From contig JBMFLH010000003.1 of the NCBI GenBank assembly GCA_049971295.1, forward strand, positions 4,362 through 60,481: DNA of 56,120 bases. Reading direction: 5' to 3'. Made by a program: the position numbers and the translations under genes. Source of the DNA: Candidatus Ratteibacteria bacterium (lineage in GTDB: Bacteria > Ratteibacteria > UBA8468 > B48-G9 > DTJG01). Every line of letters starts with the position of its first letter. Within the stretch, counting starts at the first letter, position 1. Below, in pieces: positions 7,993-17,000 of this stretch. Under the pieces are notes generated by a model. It was given only the letters and a program-made list of their open reading frames with translations, was not told the DNA's origin and searched no databases.

Positions 7993-10900
7993 AAGGCCTC
8001 CTGTGTAATATTCCAAACAAGTTTTTCTGTCGCTCCAGAATGAAGAAGTTCCAATTCAATCGTCCAGGTTCCAGTGATTTCGTTTTCAGGAATACGGCGT
8101 CCTATGATATAGCCAGAACTATTGATGCTGATCATTTTATCACAATCAATGTATCCTTCAGGATTTGTGCATTTCAAACGGGCAAGGAATTCACCTTTTA
8201 CTGGTTTTCCGTCTAACACAGGCAGGATCTTCAGGTAAAAATTTTCGCCTGTGCGATAACTTGATTTACCTTCAAACACTACGCTGTCAGGAAAATTTTG
8301 ATACAAGCCAATAAATCTTCCTGATAGTGATTCAAGATCACAATCAAACTCTATGAAAGAGCCATTTTCCCTCAATGGCAACTTTTCAAATGTCAACAGA
8401 TCTACAGCGTAATTAACCTGATAATCAGGTTTATAAACTTTTACTGTGGTAATCTCCTTCCGTTGAGAATGATTGACCAGTGTGATGCACATAAACTCAT
8501 CATTTCGCATTAAACTGGCTTCAACAATACAATTGGTAGTCAGGCAATCAGGAAATATTTTTTCACGCTCAAACACTATTTCCTGAAATTTTTCTTTCAA
8601 CAGTTGTTCTCTTCTTTTATCTTCTGAAACCAGAATATTCGTATAAAGTTCATCAAGATCTGCGGTCAGAAAATAAATCTTTCCTTTTCCATAACTTGCT
8701 GTTTTTATCTCCACTCCATCAAACACTGTTTCAGATGAAAATTCGCACCCTTTCATAAAATCAATTCTTTCTCCATTTTGATTGAACGAAGGAATTTTAT
8801 CGATCAATAAAATCCCGCCATCCTTCACAAACTGCTCGATGTTTTCAGCTGCATTGCCATGAATAAAATCAGTCGCGAAGAGCGCCAGCATTTTGTAATT
8901 CTTTATTTCTCCTTTTGCAACAAGTCGTTCTTCAACAACATCGCATTCTCCGAAGTACCTATAAATGAATTCATACGCATTAAAAGGAGTATAACCGGTT
9001 GGATACCACTTATTATAAGGTCTTTCTTCTTTGTGATAGAAACCAATTCCCACATATCCTAAAGGCAATCTTTTTGGCTGTGGATTTATCACCCAGTTGG
9101 TGTATGGAAATATCATTGCCACAGTTGCCTTTGACTTATTTACCTTTTTTAATAGTGGTGACACATTTCTTATTTTCTTAAGTTCTTTTCCAAATAATTC
9201 CCATCGCTCCTGTCTCAGCCCAAATACATTGGAAAATGTGGGTTTGTACATCAGGTGAAATGTTTTTGCTCCATGTCCGATTGCAGTGTATAGAATTTCG
9301 CATGGCGCTTTAATGGGTTCAATATCATGGGGATAGTCTCTGTCATCAAGCTGAACAAAAAATCCAAGTTGTTTCTTATAATATGAAGCAAGATTTCTGT
9401 ATCTTGCGAAGACAAAATGGAACTGATGAAATTTTGCCTTTTCGGCCCCAGCAAAATGCGCATACATATAGTTATAACAGTCAAATTCAAATGTGTCGCA
9501 GTACGGGAACCATTTCAAATCATCAGTATAACTGAAATGGGTTGAATACTGCCCTGCGCCAACAAGAGCGAACACATGATTTGCCTGGACGCGACTGCGA
9601 AATTTCAACACAGCGTTATACGTATCCCTGAATGCCTTTTCGTAATAATCACCAAGAAAATCAAAAAAATCGTATCGTTTTTTGCCATGCACATCTGCGG
9701 TTTCAGACCATCCTGGCATTTCGTATCCGTATTTTGTTCTGAAGGTTTCACGACATATCTGACATCTGCATACATTGGCAGGAAGCGCGTGGGGTTCATC
9801 AAGTATTTCCATACTCAAAAGCGCCGGGATTTTTTCTGCCCTTTCTATGATTGGTCTTACAAATTTGAAAGTTTTTTCAGTAAACTCATTGGTGAGGATG
9901 CAAGGCACATTTGGATTTTTCCCTTCTTCCATGTACCAGGGACCATGATCAACAAAGCATGTCAGACCTTCGTACTCTCCCCAGAGATAAACCTTATGTT
10001 CAAACTGCGTAAGATACCTGTAATACAGAAGATTTCTGTAAAATCTGTCAGGAAAATTTCCCATGATCTTGCCTGCAATCAAACAATTGAAACCTTTGCT
10101 CACTCTGTCTTGAACATCTTGCCTGATTCGTACCTCTGTCAATCCATTAACTGAAACTGGTGCCACAAAAATCAAATCTTCCACAGGTTCAATGTGAACA
10201 ATTGCAAAAGGATATTCTGCGTAATAACTCTGTGAACTGGTGATGCCTGTTGCCCTAAAAATATACTTTCCGGTTCTCCAGTTAGGAACAGTGTATTCAA
10301 AAATGTAATGCCCCCCAGGGTTAATCTGTTCCCTATTCATTACAACCTTACCGTGCGGGTCCCTGATTTCAAGGACGAGTTTTTCAAGTTGCGCAGGTAC
10401 TGGATTAATCTCAAATTTCATTTTTTGCCCCGGCATAAACACATATTCTTCGTTGAGATTATTAATTTTTATGCAGGGTATCTGTGTTATTTCAACGATA
10501 GTATCCCGTCTGTGGATAACAGGTTCATAAGGATCAATCTTCATATTCTTGAAGTCCCTGTCAATATCCTTGCCATACTGAACAGTAAGAACAATCCTAA
10601 AAAAATGTTCTGACTGAAGATTGAACATCACAGGCATCTGAAAGTTTATTTTTATTTTGTTGCCTTTGATTTCAAAATTTTTTCGCAGGAGCAATTCTGA
10701 AAAATCAACTGTTCTACCGGTTGCCTGACTCAATAAATTGTTGCCATAAACCTCCATTACTCCTTTTTTAATTTTTTCTTTCGTGGATTTAAGCTCTGCT
10801 TTCATTTCCCAGTTTGACCTTTTTTGTTTGAGAGAAAATTCCCTGATAATAATGTCCTTTTCTTTTTTTATTAGCCACATGATGAGATTTCGCATTAAAT

Positions 10901-11597
10901 CATCGTACTGACTGTGCTCAAAAAAACTCGTCTGGTCAACAATTCCTTTCAAATTGTCGTAATCAGGTCTTGCTGTAATCACTGCCACAGTTCCATTTCC
11001 ATATTCCCATGTCACGATCACCGGATAATTCCCCGCTTTTGCCACTACCTGGGCTGTTTTCTTTTCTTTCAGTGGGTGAAAAAACGTAATCTTTCCCATT
11101 TCACGAGACAATCCTGTACATACAGGATGCTGCATATTAAGTTTTACACTCTGAGTCTGGCTGAAACCTCCTAAAATTCCATCTGGATTTGAAATTCTGA
11201 CTGATTTGTCAGGAAACTTGATTTCAACAGGAAGAATGTTTCCCAGCAGAAAATATGTCCCATCGCTTTTCTCAAAGGCGTAACTGCCGCCAGTAAAAAT
11301 CAATGCTCCACCGTGTTCCACATAAGAGATTAAATTCAGTTGCTCTTCGGGTGAGAACTCGTGGACATCGACACCTGAAATAATAATCAAGTCATAAGCA
11401 AGTAGTCCGGTCCTGCCTTGAAATGTTTCGTCAATTCTTTTTGGCAGCGGATATGTAAATGGCAAATTTTTCCTGATGTAATAACTTTTTCTCACCCTCA
11501 TCGGAAAAGGAAGTGAACTGATAATTTCGTCAAAGTAATAACCTGCCTGATTGGCCTGTTCAATTACAAGCGCTTCTCTAATTCCATGGGGATCCAT
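7989..11597 (-). CDS. multidomain GH42-like beta-galactosidase family protein with an N-terminal glutamine-amidotransferase-like domain
   Basis: 1202-aa ORF with AGGAG upstream. EILDEPHALPANVCRCQICRETFRTKYGY matches the GH42 acid/base region plus the CxCxxCxxxFR zinc-site hallmark. N-terminal DLIIISGVDV...VEHGGALIFTGGSYAF and C-terminal FVKDGGILLIDKIP are class-I GATase-like folds, as in the GH42 trimerisation domain. Confidence 0.55.
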   Translation of the reverse strand: MDPHGIREALVIEQANQAGYYFDEIISSLPFPMRVRKSYYIRKNLPFTYPLPKRIDETFQGRTGLLAYDLIIISGVDVHEFSPEEQLNLISYVEHGGALIFTGGSYAFEKSDGTYFLLGNILPVEIKFPDKSVRISNPDGILGGFSQTQSVKLNMQHPVCTGLSREMGKITFFHPLKEKKTAQVVAKAGNYPVIVTWEYGNGTVAVITARPDYDNLKGIVDQTSFFEHSQYDDLMRNLIMWLIKKEKDIIIREFSLKQKRSNWEMKAELKSTKEKIKKGVMEVYGNNLLSQATGRTVDFSELLLRKNFEIKGNKIKINFQMPVMFNLQSEHFFRIVLTVQYGKDIDRDFKNMKIDPYEPVIHRRDTIVEITQIPCIKINNLNEEYVFMPGQKMKFEINPVPAQLEKLVLEIRDPHGKVVMNREQINPGGHYIFEYTVPNWRTGKYIFRATGITSSQSYYAEYPFAIVHIEPVEDLIFVAPVSVNGLTEVRIRQDVQDRVSKGFNCLIAGKIMGNFPDRFYRNLLYYRYLTQFEHKVYLWGEYEGLTCFVDHGPWYMEEGKNPNVPCILTNEFTEKTFKFVRPIIERAEKIPALLSMEILDEPHALPANVCRCQICRETFRTKYGYEMPGWSETADVHGKKRYDFFDFLGDYYEKAFRDTYNAVLKFRSRVQANHVFALVGAGQYSTHFSYTDDLKWFPYCDTFEFDCYNYMYAHFAGAEKAKFHQFHFVFARYRNLASYYKKQLGFFVQLDDRDYPHDIEPIKAPCEILYTAIGHGAKTFHLMYKPTFSNVFGLRQERWELFGKELKKIRNVSPLLKKVNKSKATVAMIFPYTNWVINPQPKRLPLGYVGIGFYHKEERPYNKWYPTGYTPFNAYEFIYRYFGECDVVEERLVAKGEIKNYKMLALFATDFIHGNAAENIEQFVKDGGILLIDKIPSFNQNGERIDFMKGCEFSSETVFDGVEIKTASYGKGKIYFLTADLDELYTNILVSEDKRREQLLKEKFQEIVFEREKIFPDCLTTNCIVEASLMRNDEFMCITLVNHSQRKEITTVKVYKPDYQVNYAVDLLTFEKLPLRENGSFIEFDCDLESLSGRFIGLYQNFPDSVVFEGKSSYRTGENFYLKILPVLDGKPVKGEFLARLKCTNPEGYIDCDKMISINSSGYIIGRRIPENEITGTWTIELELLHSGATEKLVWNITQEAL

Positions 11598-11675
11598 TTC
11601 TGCTCTCCTTTTTGCTGAAAAAATTGAACGATGATAATTTATTGTATAGAAGATGCATTGTCAAATATTCTGAAT

Positions 11676-11703
11676 TTGATTGAAAATACAACTGTGATAT
11701 CAT
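11676..11703 (+). promoter_or_regulatory. putative sigma70-type promoter for the GH20 gene (TTGATT-16 nt-TGaTATCAT)
   Basis: TTGATT at 11676-11681, a 16-nt spacer, then TATCAT at 11698-11703 preceded by TG at 11695-11696. The 11-mer TGTGATATCAT is a 10/11 match to the motif at 56-66 and 27179-27189. Confidence 0.35.
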
Positions 11704-11738
11704 TTTCTCAACAAAAATCACAATTAGCAGAGGGAAAA

Positions 11739-13592
11739 ATGGAAAAACTATTATTTTTGCCTGTGCCAAGAAAAATAAAAGTAGAAAATCAGTTGTGCAA
11801 TGTGCCTTCACATGCAGGATTTTTTATATCAGGGTTTGACGACAAGAACCACGATTTTTTCTCTGAATACATCAAAAAAATCTCGCAAAGATTTACAAAA
11901 AACCAGTGGACATTGAATAGCAGGCGCCCATTTTTTACACTTATCTGTGATCATTCATTGAATATACCGCAGCAGGGATACAGATTGACAGTTTCTCATG
12001 ACTCAATAAAAGCAGAAAGTTCAGATGCTTCTGGTGCCTACTACGCGTTGTGCACATTGAAACAAATTCTCATCCAGAAAAAAAGCCGCTTACCGGTGCT
12101 TACAATTGAAGATTATCCGGATTTCAAACATAGGGGCGTCATGATTGACATCAGCAGAAGCAAGGTTCCAAAAATGAAAACACTTTACAATCTTGTTGAC
12201 CTTTTTTCAGGATGGAAAATCAATCAGCTTCAACTTTATACAGAACACACTTTTGCCTATAAAAACCATAAAATCGTCTGGGAGGGAAAATCGCCAGTAA
12301 CAGCAGAAGAAATAAGAAACCTTGATGACTACTGTAAGCAACGATTTGTTGAACTGGTCCCAAACCAGAATAGTTTTGGCCATTTCCATAGATGGCTTCA
12401 GCACTCTCAGTACAGGCATCTTGCTGAAGATCCTGAAAATCCTTACAATTTATGTCCTGTAGACCAAGGATCAATTCATCTACTTGAAGACCTTTATCAG
12501 CAACTGCTTCCAAATTTTTCGAGCAATCAGTTCAATGTGGGTTGTGATGAAACGTCTATTGGAAAGAGAAGCGCAGGGGCTGTGAAGGAAAAAGGCGAAG
12601 GAAGGGTATATCTTGAGTTTTTACTAAAAATTTATCAACTGGTAAAAAAACATGGGAAAACAATGCAATTCTGGGGTGATATTATCCAGCGTCATCCTGA
12701 ACTGATATCAGAACTACCAGAAGATGTTATTGTGCTTGAATGGGGATACGAAGCAGAACATCCTTTTGAACAAAGATGCAGAAATATAGCGCGAACTGGA
12801 ATTCCATTTTATGTGTGTCCTGGAACATCTTCGTGGAATTCAATTGCTGGAAGAACAGAAAATTGTTTGGGAAATCTTGTGAATGCCGCAAAAAATGGCA
12901 TCAGGTTTGGTGCAATTGGAATGCTGAACACTGACTGGGGGGATAATGGTCACTGGCAGTATCTTCCTGTCAGCTACATTGGTTTTGGGTATGGAGCAGG
13001 TGTGTCCTGGTGTTTCTCTTCAAACATTGATATGCCTGTTGAAAAAACAATTGGATTGTTTGCTTTTGATGACAGAAGTTTTAATGCGGGTTATTTCGCT
13101 TACGAAATTGGAAATGTCGGAAGAGCCACAGGTATTCACACAACAAATGCTTCAGCCCTGTTTATATCTCTTCGCGAATCCCTTGTTGAAGTGGACGAAG
13201 TTTATAGAAGTCCAAATATAAGTTTATGGATGAGAACACATGGTATTGAAATGGCAGAAAAACAAATAGAAAATGCTCTTGGGTATCTTAAAAAGGCAAA
13301 GATTGAAAATGAGGAAAAAAACCTTATCCTTGACGAATTTCAAAATGCCAGCAGACTTCTGAAACATGCCTGTAAAAAAGCAGGTATGATTGTAGAGAAA
13401 TACAAAGGCATATCCTATCAGGAAAAAACACTGAAAGCAATGATTGAGGAGGCAAAAGGAATTATCAATCGACACAAGAAATTATGGTTGAAACGAAATA
13501 GGCCAGGAGGACTTGAAGAAAGTACACAACTACTTGAAAAGTTCACGGTGGACCAGTACAGGGAAATTCTTAAATCATCATTGGGTTTATGA
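11739..13592 (+). CDS. GH20 family beta-N-acetylhexosaminidase-like protein
   Basis: Start chosen at ATG 11739 (MEKLLFLPVP), preceded by AGAGGG. DYPDFKHRGVMIDISRSKVP and NVGCDE (catalytic Asp-Glu pair) are GH20 hallmarks. Confidence 0.8.
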   Translation: MEKLLFLPVPRKIKVENQLCNVPSHAGFFISGFDDKNHDFFSEYIKKISQRFTKNQWTLNSRRPFFTLICDHSLNIPQQGYRLTVSHDSIKAESSDASGAYYALCTLKQILIQKKSRLPVLTIEDYPDFKHRGVMIDISRSKVPKMKTLYNLVDLFSGWKINQLQLYTEHTFAYKNHKIVWEGKSPVTAEEIRNLDDYCKQRFVELVPNQNSFGHFHRWLQHSQYRHLAEDPENPYNLCPVDQGSIHLLEDLYQQLLPNFSSNQFNVGCDETSIGKRSAGAVKEKGEGRVYLEFLLKIYQLVKKHGKTMQFWGDIIQRHPELISELPEDVIVLEWGYEAEHPFEQRCRNIARTGIPFYVCPGTSSWNSIAGRTENCLGNLVNAAKNGIRFGAIGMLNTDWGDNGHWQYLPVSYIGFGYGAGVSWCFSSNIDMPVEKTIGLFAFDDRSFNAGYFAYEIGNVGRATGIHTTNASALFISLRESLVEVDEVYRSPNISLWMRTHGIEMAEKQIENALGYLKKAKIENEEKNLILDEFQNASRLLKHACKKAGMIVEKYKGISYQEKTLKAMIEEAKGIINRHKKLWLKRNRPGGLEESTQLLEKFTVDQYREILKSSLGL

Positions 13593-13844
13593 AATCACCT
13601 TATAAACGATGTCTCCAGGATGTACTTTGTCAATCACCTTCATACCAACGACATCTTTTGCCTTTGCTTCAGAAACATTCTTATGTTCAATCTGTATTGA
13701 ATCAACTGTCTGAGTGAAATCAGAAGTATGACCCTTGATATGTATTGTATCCCCGACCTTCAAATCATCAGACAATTCCACAATTCCCACACCGATCTTT
13801 CCATAATAATGCGTAATCTTGCCTACTTCCTTTTCTTCTGCCAT
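13587..13844 (-). CDS. small beta-barrel protein resembling translation-factor domain II (EF-Tu D2-like)
   Basis: 85 aa: GKITHYYGKIGVGIVELSDDLKVGDTIHIKG...VGMKV...GDIVYKV, with an AAGGGGGA RBS. Its 3' end overlaps the convergent GH20 gene by 6 nt. Confidence 0.5.
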   Translation of the reverse strand: MAEEKEVGKITHYYGKIGVGIVELSDDLKVGDTIHIKGHTSDFTQTVDSIQIEHKNVSEAKAKDVVGMKVIDKVHPGDIVYKVIS

Positions 13845-13950
13845 GCTTCCCCCTTTGTCAATATGTGTTATTTTTCAAATAACAAGATATATCTGTTTTG
13901 AAATCAAGTCAAATCTCAAAATCTTTCTCGTGGTCCAGTTAGCCTGATAC

Positions 13951-13978
13951 TTGACAACAGAATGAAGTATTATAGAAT
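13951..13978 (+). promoter_or_regulatory. putative sigma70 promoter (TTGACA-16 nt-TAGAAT) for the plus-strand glycan operon
   Basis: TTGACA at 13951-13956 and TAGAAT at 13973-13978. An AGGAG RBS at 14004-14008 precedes ATG 14016. Confidence 0.45.
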
Positions 13979-14015
13979 ACTGAAACAGATATAACCATAA
14001 TAAAGGAGCCTCTGT

Positions 14016-15418
14016 ATGTTTCAGGATTTATTGCCAGGGAAACACCTGGTGATGGATAATTTCTCGGTTGCAGATACATTTCGTTTGAAAAGAACCGTCC
14101 ACAGACCCAAAAAAGATACTGAAAAGCCTGTTCTGTTTCCAGAAAAAGCGTGGGAAACAGGAGTCATTGCAGGTAAAATTATTATTGATAAAGACAGACA
14201 CCTCTGGCGCATGTGGTATGTGGCGCATGACCATCGTGCTGAAAAAATAAGAAAAGGCCTTGGAAAGAGTAGATATGGAAATGTGGGCGAACCGCAACCA
14301 TTTTTCTCTCATATGCTGAAAGTCATGATGGAATAAACTGGCACAGACCAGATCTTGATATGTATCCTGAAACAAACATCTGCTTTAAGGGATATAGCGA
14401 TATTGTCAATAGCACCATTTTGTATCAACCAGAAAAATACGAAAAAGAACCATACATCCTTGTTAACAGAGATTGGTATAATGATACGATAGGAGGTATT
14501 TATATTGCCACCAGTCCTGATGGCATCCACTGGAAATATACTGACACAAAACCAGTCATCCATGGTGAAAGCGATTGTAATAATGCCTGCGTCTATAATG
14601 AAGAAAAAGGTGTGTACATGCTCTACATGCGTGGCTGGCATACTGCTGCTGTGGGCTGGGACAATGGAAAAGGAAATCAAAGAAGAAGAGTCACATATTC
14701 TGAAAGCAGGGACTTAAAACACTGGAGTGAACCACAGGTCATTCTGACGCCGGATGAACTTGATACCAACGACTTCTATGGTATCAGTGTTTTCAGATAT
14801 GCAAACGCATATTTTGGAATGCTCTGGATTTTTGATGATGATATGTATGAAACAATAGACATTGAACTGTGCTGGAGCAGAGACGGCATAAAATGGGAAA
14901 GGCATCCAGCAAGACCAAAATTTATTGAAACAGAGGAAAAAGGAAAACCGGGTGGTTACATGGTCTTTCCTGGTCAGGAACCAGTGATCTATAATGATAG
15001 CATTTATCTTTATGTGAATGCGCATTCAGATTGTCCGCACAATGCGCAACCAGAAATTTCTCCGACGTGGGTATATCGTACAAAACTCAGAATGGATGGT
15101 TTTGTTTCTCTTGACGCTGGTTCACAGATGGGAAACCTCATCACACGACCGTTTATTCTTCAGAGTGATACCATTTCTATCAATGCGGCAACCCAGGGTG
15201 GTTACATAATCGCTGAACTTGCTGAACCATACTGGTTTGACCCAAAAGGAAAAATTATTGAAGGATTTTCTGCAAAGGACTTTGATGTCTTTACAGGAGA
15301 TAGCATCTGCCACACTCTTTCATGGCGCGGGAAAGCACATTTATCGCAATTAAAGGGAAAACGACTGATGTTGAAACTGGCAATGAAGCACAGCCAAATT
15401 TACAGTTTTACAATATGA
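14016..15418 (+). pseudogene. beta-propeller glycoside hydrolase-like gene (GH43/GH130-type fold) split by a frameshift at a T5 run
   Basis: ORF 14016..14336 ends ...GEPQPFFSHMLKVMME*. The next frame reads ...SYAESHDGINWHRPDLDMYPETN and continues as ORF 14360..15418. Adding one T to the T5 run at 14301-14305 gives ...PFFLSYAESHDGINW, which is colinear with the paralog at 15495 (LWRMWY...YSHDGIAWEKPDL). Confidence 0.6.
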
Positions 15419-15494
15419 AACAGTTAGTGATTAAAAACAAATTTTATCGCGTTGGAATCAATTCTGAAAATGGTTTTTATCGTGGAGAAATAGT

Positions 15495-16994
15495 ATGGAA
15501 AAGAAAACTTTTGCATTGATTGATGAACGACTTGTTGAAGATACCCTTCATCTCAGAAGAGCTATTGAAGTGCCAGATTTCCGACACAAAAAACCAGTCG
15601 TTTCACCAGGTGAAGGAATTGGTTCTGTACTGAGGGATAAAAGTGGACTCTGGAGAATGTGGTATACAGTTTTTATTACAAGAGACCCTCAAAAAGATAT
15701 GGTCGGTTGTGAAACACCCATGGCAATTGCTTATTCTCATGATGGAATTGCATGGGAAAAGCCAGACCTTAAAATTGCAAAAGACCCAATTTATAAAGAC
15801 CATCCCAATATTGTTGTTCACTCAAAAATGAAAGATGCCAATGGAAGATATGTGTCTGGATGGGGAGGACCTGCTGGAATGTGCATCCTTGACGCTGAAA
15901 TTACACCACACCCTTACGCAAGAAAAAGATTTACAGGTTTGTATGTTGATTTTCCTATTGATGTCATCGGTGGTATCTGCATTGCTGATAGTGATGATGG
16001 CATACACTGGACAATATGGCCTGAAAGTCCTGTTATCATTGGGTCGCCTGACACTCAAAATATTCTGCTGTATGACGAAAACATAAAAAAATATGTATGC
16101 TACCTTAGACCAGTGATACACTGTGGTATGGACAGGCACGCAAATAGAAAAATTGCAAGGTGTGAAAGTGAAGATTTGATTCATTGGACAGTTCCAAAAG
16201 TCGTCCTTGACACAGATGAACTTGACGCACCTGGACTTGAAGTTTTTGACGAACCAGGTATGCGGGGCGCACGAGGACGAAACAAACAATTTCAGGGAAT
16301 TTCTCCATTTATCAGGAACAATTGCTACCTTGCATTTACATGGTTTTATGATGCTGTAAAGGGAATTTTTACAAATGAACTGATTCACAGTGGTGATGGC
16401 ATTAACTGGAAAAGGGAACCATTAAGACAACCATTCATTGCTGATAATAAGCCAGAGGGATTCAGGGGAAAACTCCCTGTACCATTCGGAAGTCCGCCAA
16501 TTGATATGGGTGATGAGATGTATTTTTATACAAGTAACACTCCTTATGGACATCATGAAGTTGCTGTGGCAGACATCAATGAAAGTGTGAAAAACAGAAA
16601 ACAACTTCTTGAATCAAATGAAATTTATCTGATAACACTAAAAAGGGATAGATGGATATTTTACCAGGCAGGAGAGATAGAAGGTGAACTTTTGACCAGT
16701 CCAATTGAATGGGAAGGGGGTGGTAGTTTCTGTATCAACGCAAAGGTTGAAAAGGATGGTTATATTAAGATTGAAGTTGACGATATTTATGGAAGAAAAA
16801 TCAATGACGCTCATCTTGACGAAATTCATCTCGTTACAGGTTCTGTGGATGGAGTGGATATACCTGTGACATTTGGACCAGGGCCAAAAACAGTGATGAA
16901 GTTTCCTCTTCTTGGACCAATCAGATTCAGGTTCTGGATGAAAAAAGCAAAACTTTATGGATGGAGTTTTGTCCATCCTGTTTACCAACAGTAG
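15495..16994 (+). CDS. beta-propeller glycoside hydrolase-like protein (GH43/GH130-type fold), intact paralog of 14016..15418
   Basis: 499 aa with repeated blade motifs: SHDGIAWEKP, SDDGIHWT, SEDLIHWT, SGDGINWKRE. It shares LWRMWY with the upstream gene. Confidence 0.55.
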   Translation: MEKKTFALIDERLVEDTLHLRRAIEVPDFRHKKPVVSPGEGIGSVLRDKSGLWRMWYTVFITRDPQKDMVGCETPMAIAYSHDGIAWEKPDLKIAKDPIYKDHPNIVVHSKMKDANGRYVSGWGGPAGMCILDAEITPHPYARKRFTGLYVDFPIDVIGGICIADSDDGIHWTIWPESPVIIGSPDTQNILLYDENIKKYVCYLRPVIHCGMDRHANRKIARCESEDLIHWTVPKVVLDTDELDAPGLEVFDEPGMRGARGRNKQFQGISPFIRNNCYLAFTWFYDAVKGIFTNELIHSGDGINWKREPLRQPFIADNKPEGFRGKLPVPFGSPPIDMGDEMYFYTSNTPYGHHEVAVADINESVKNRKQLLESNEIYLITLKRDRWIFYQAGEIEGELLTSPIEWEGGGSFCINAKVEKDGYIKIEVDDIYGRKINDAHLDEIHLVTGSVDGVDIPVTFGPGPKTVMKFPLLGPIRFRFWMKKAKLYGWSFVHPVYQQ

Positions 16995-17000
16995 GAGGAA

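Noticed and set aside
9576-10154. Long alternative-frame or antisense ORFs from the track: 9576..10154, 15822..16388, 46395..46928, 54874..55362, 49341..49808, 36071..36532 and 23044..23505
   Set aside because: Each lies entirely inside a longer ORF that has clear family motifs. Their translations are low-complexity or Cys/Phe/Ser-rich, with no motifs and no RBS. They are typical shadow ORFs.
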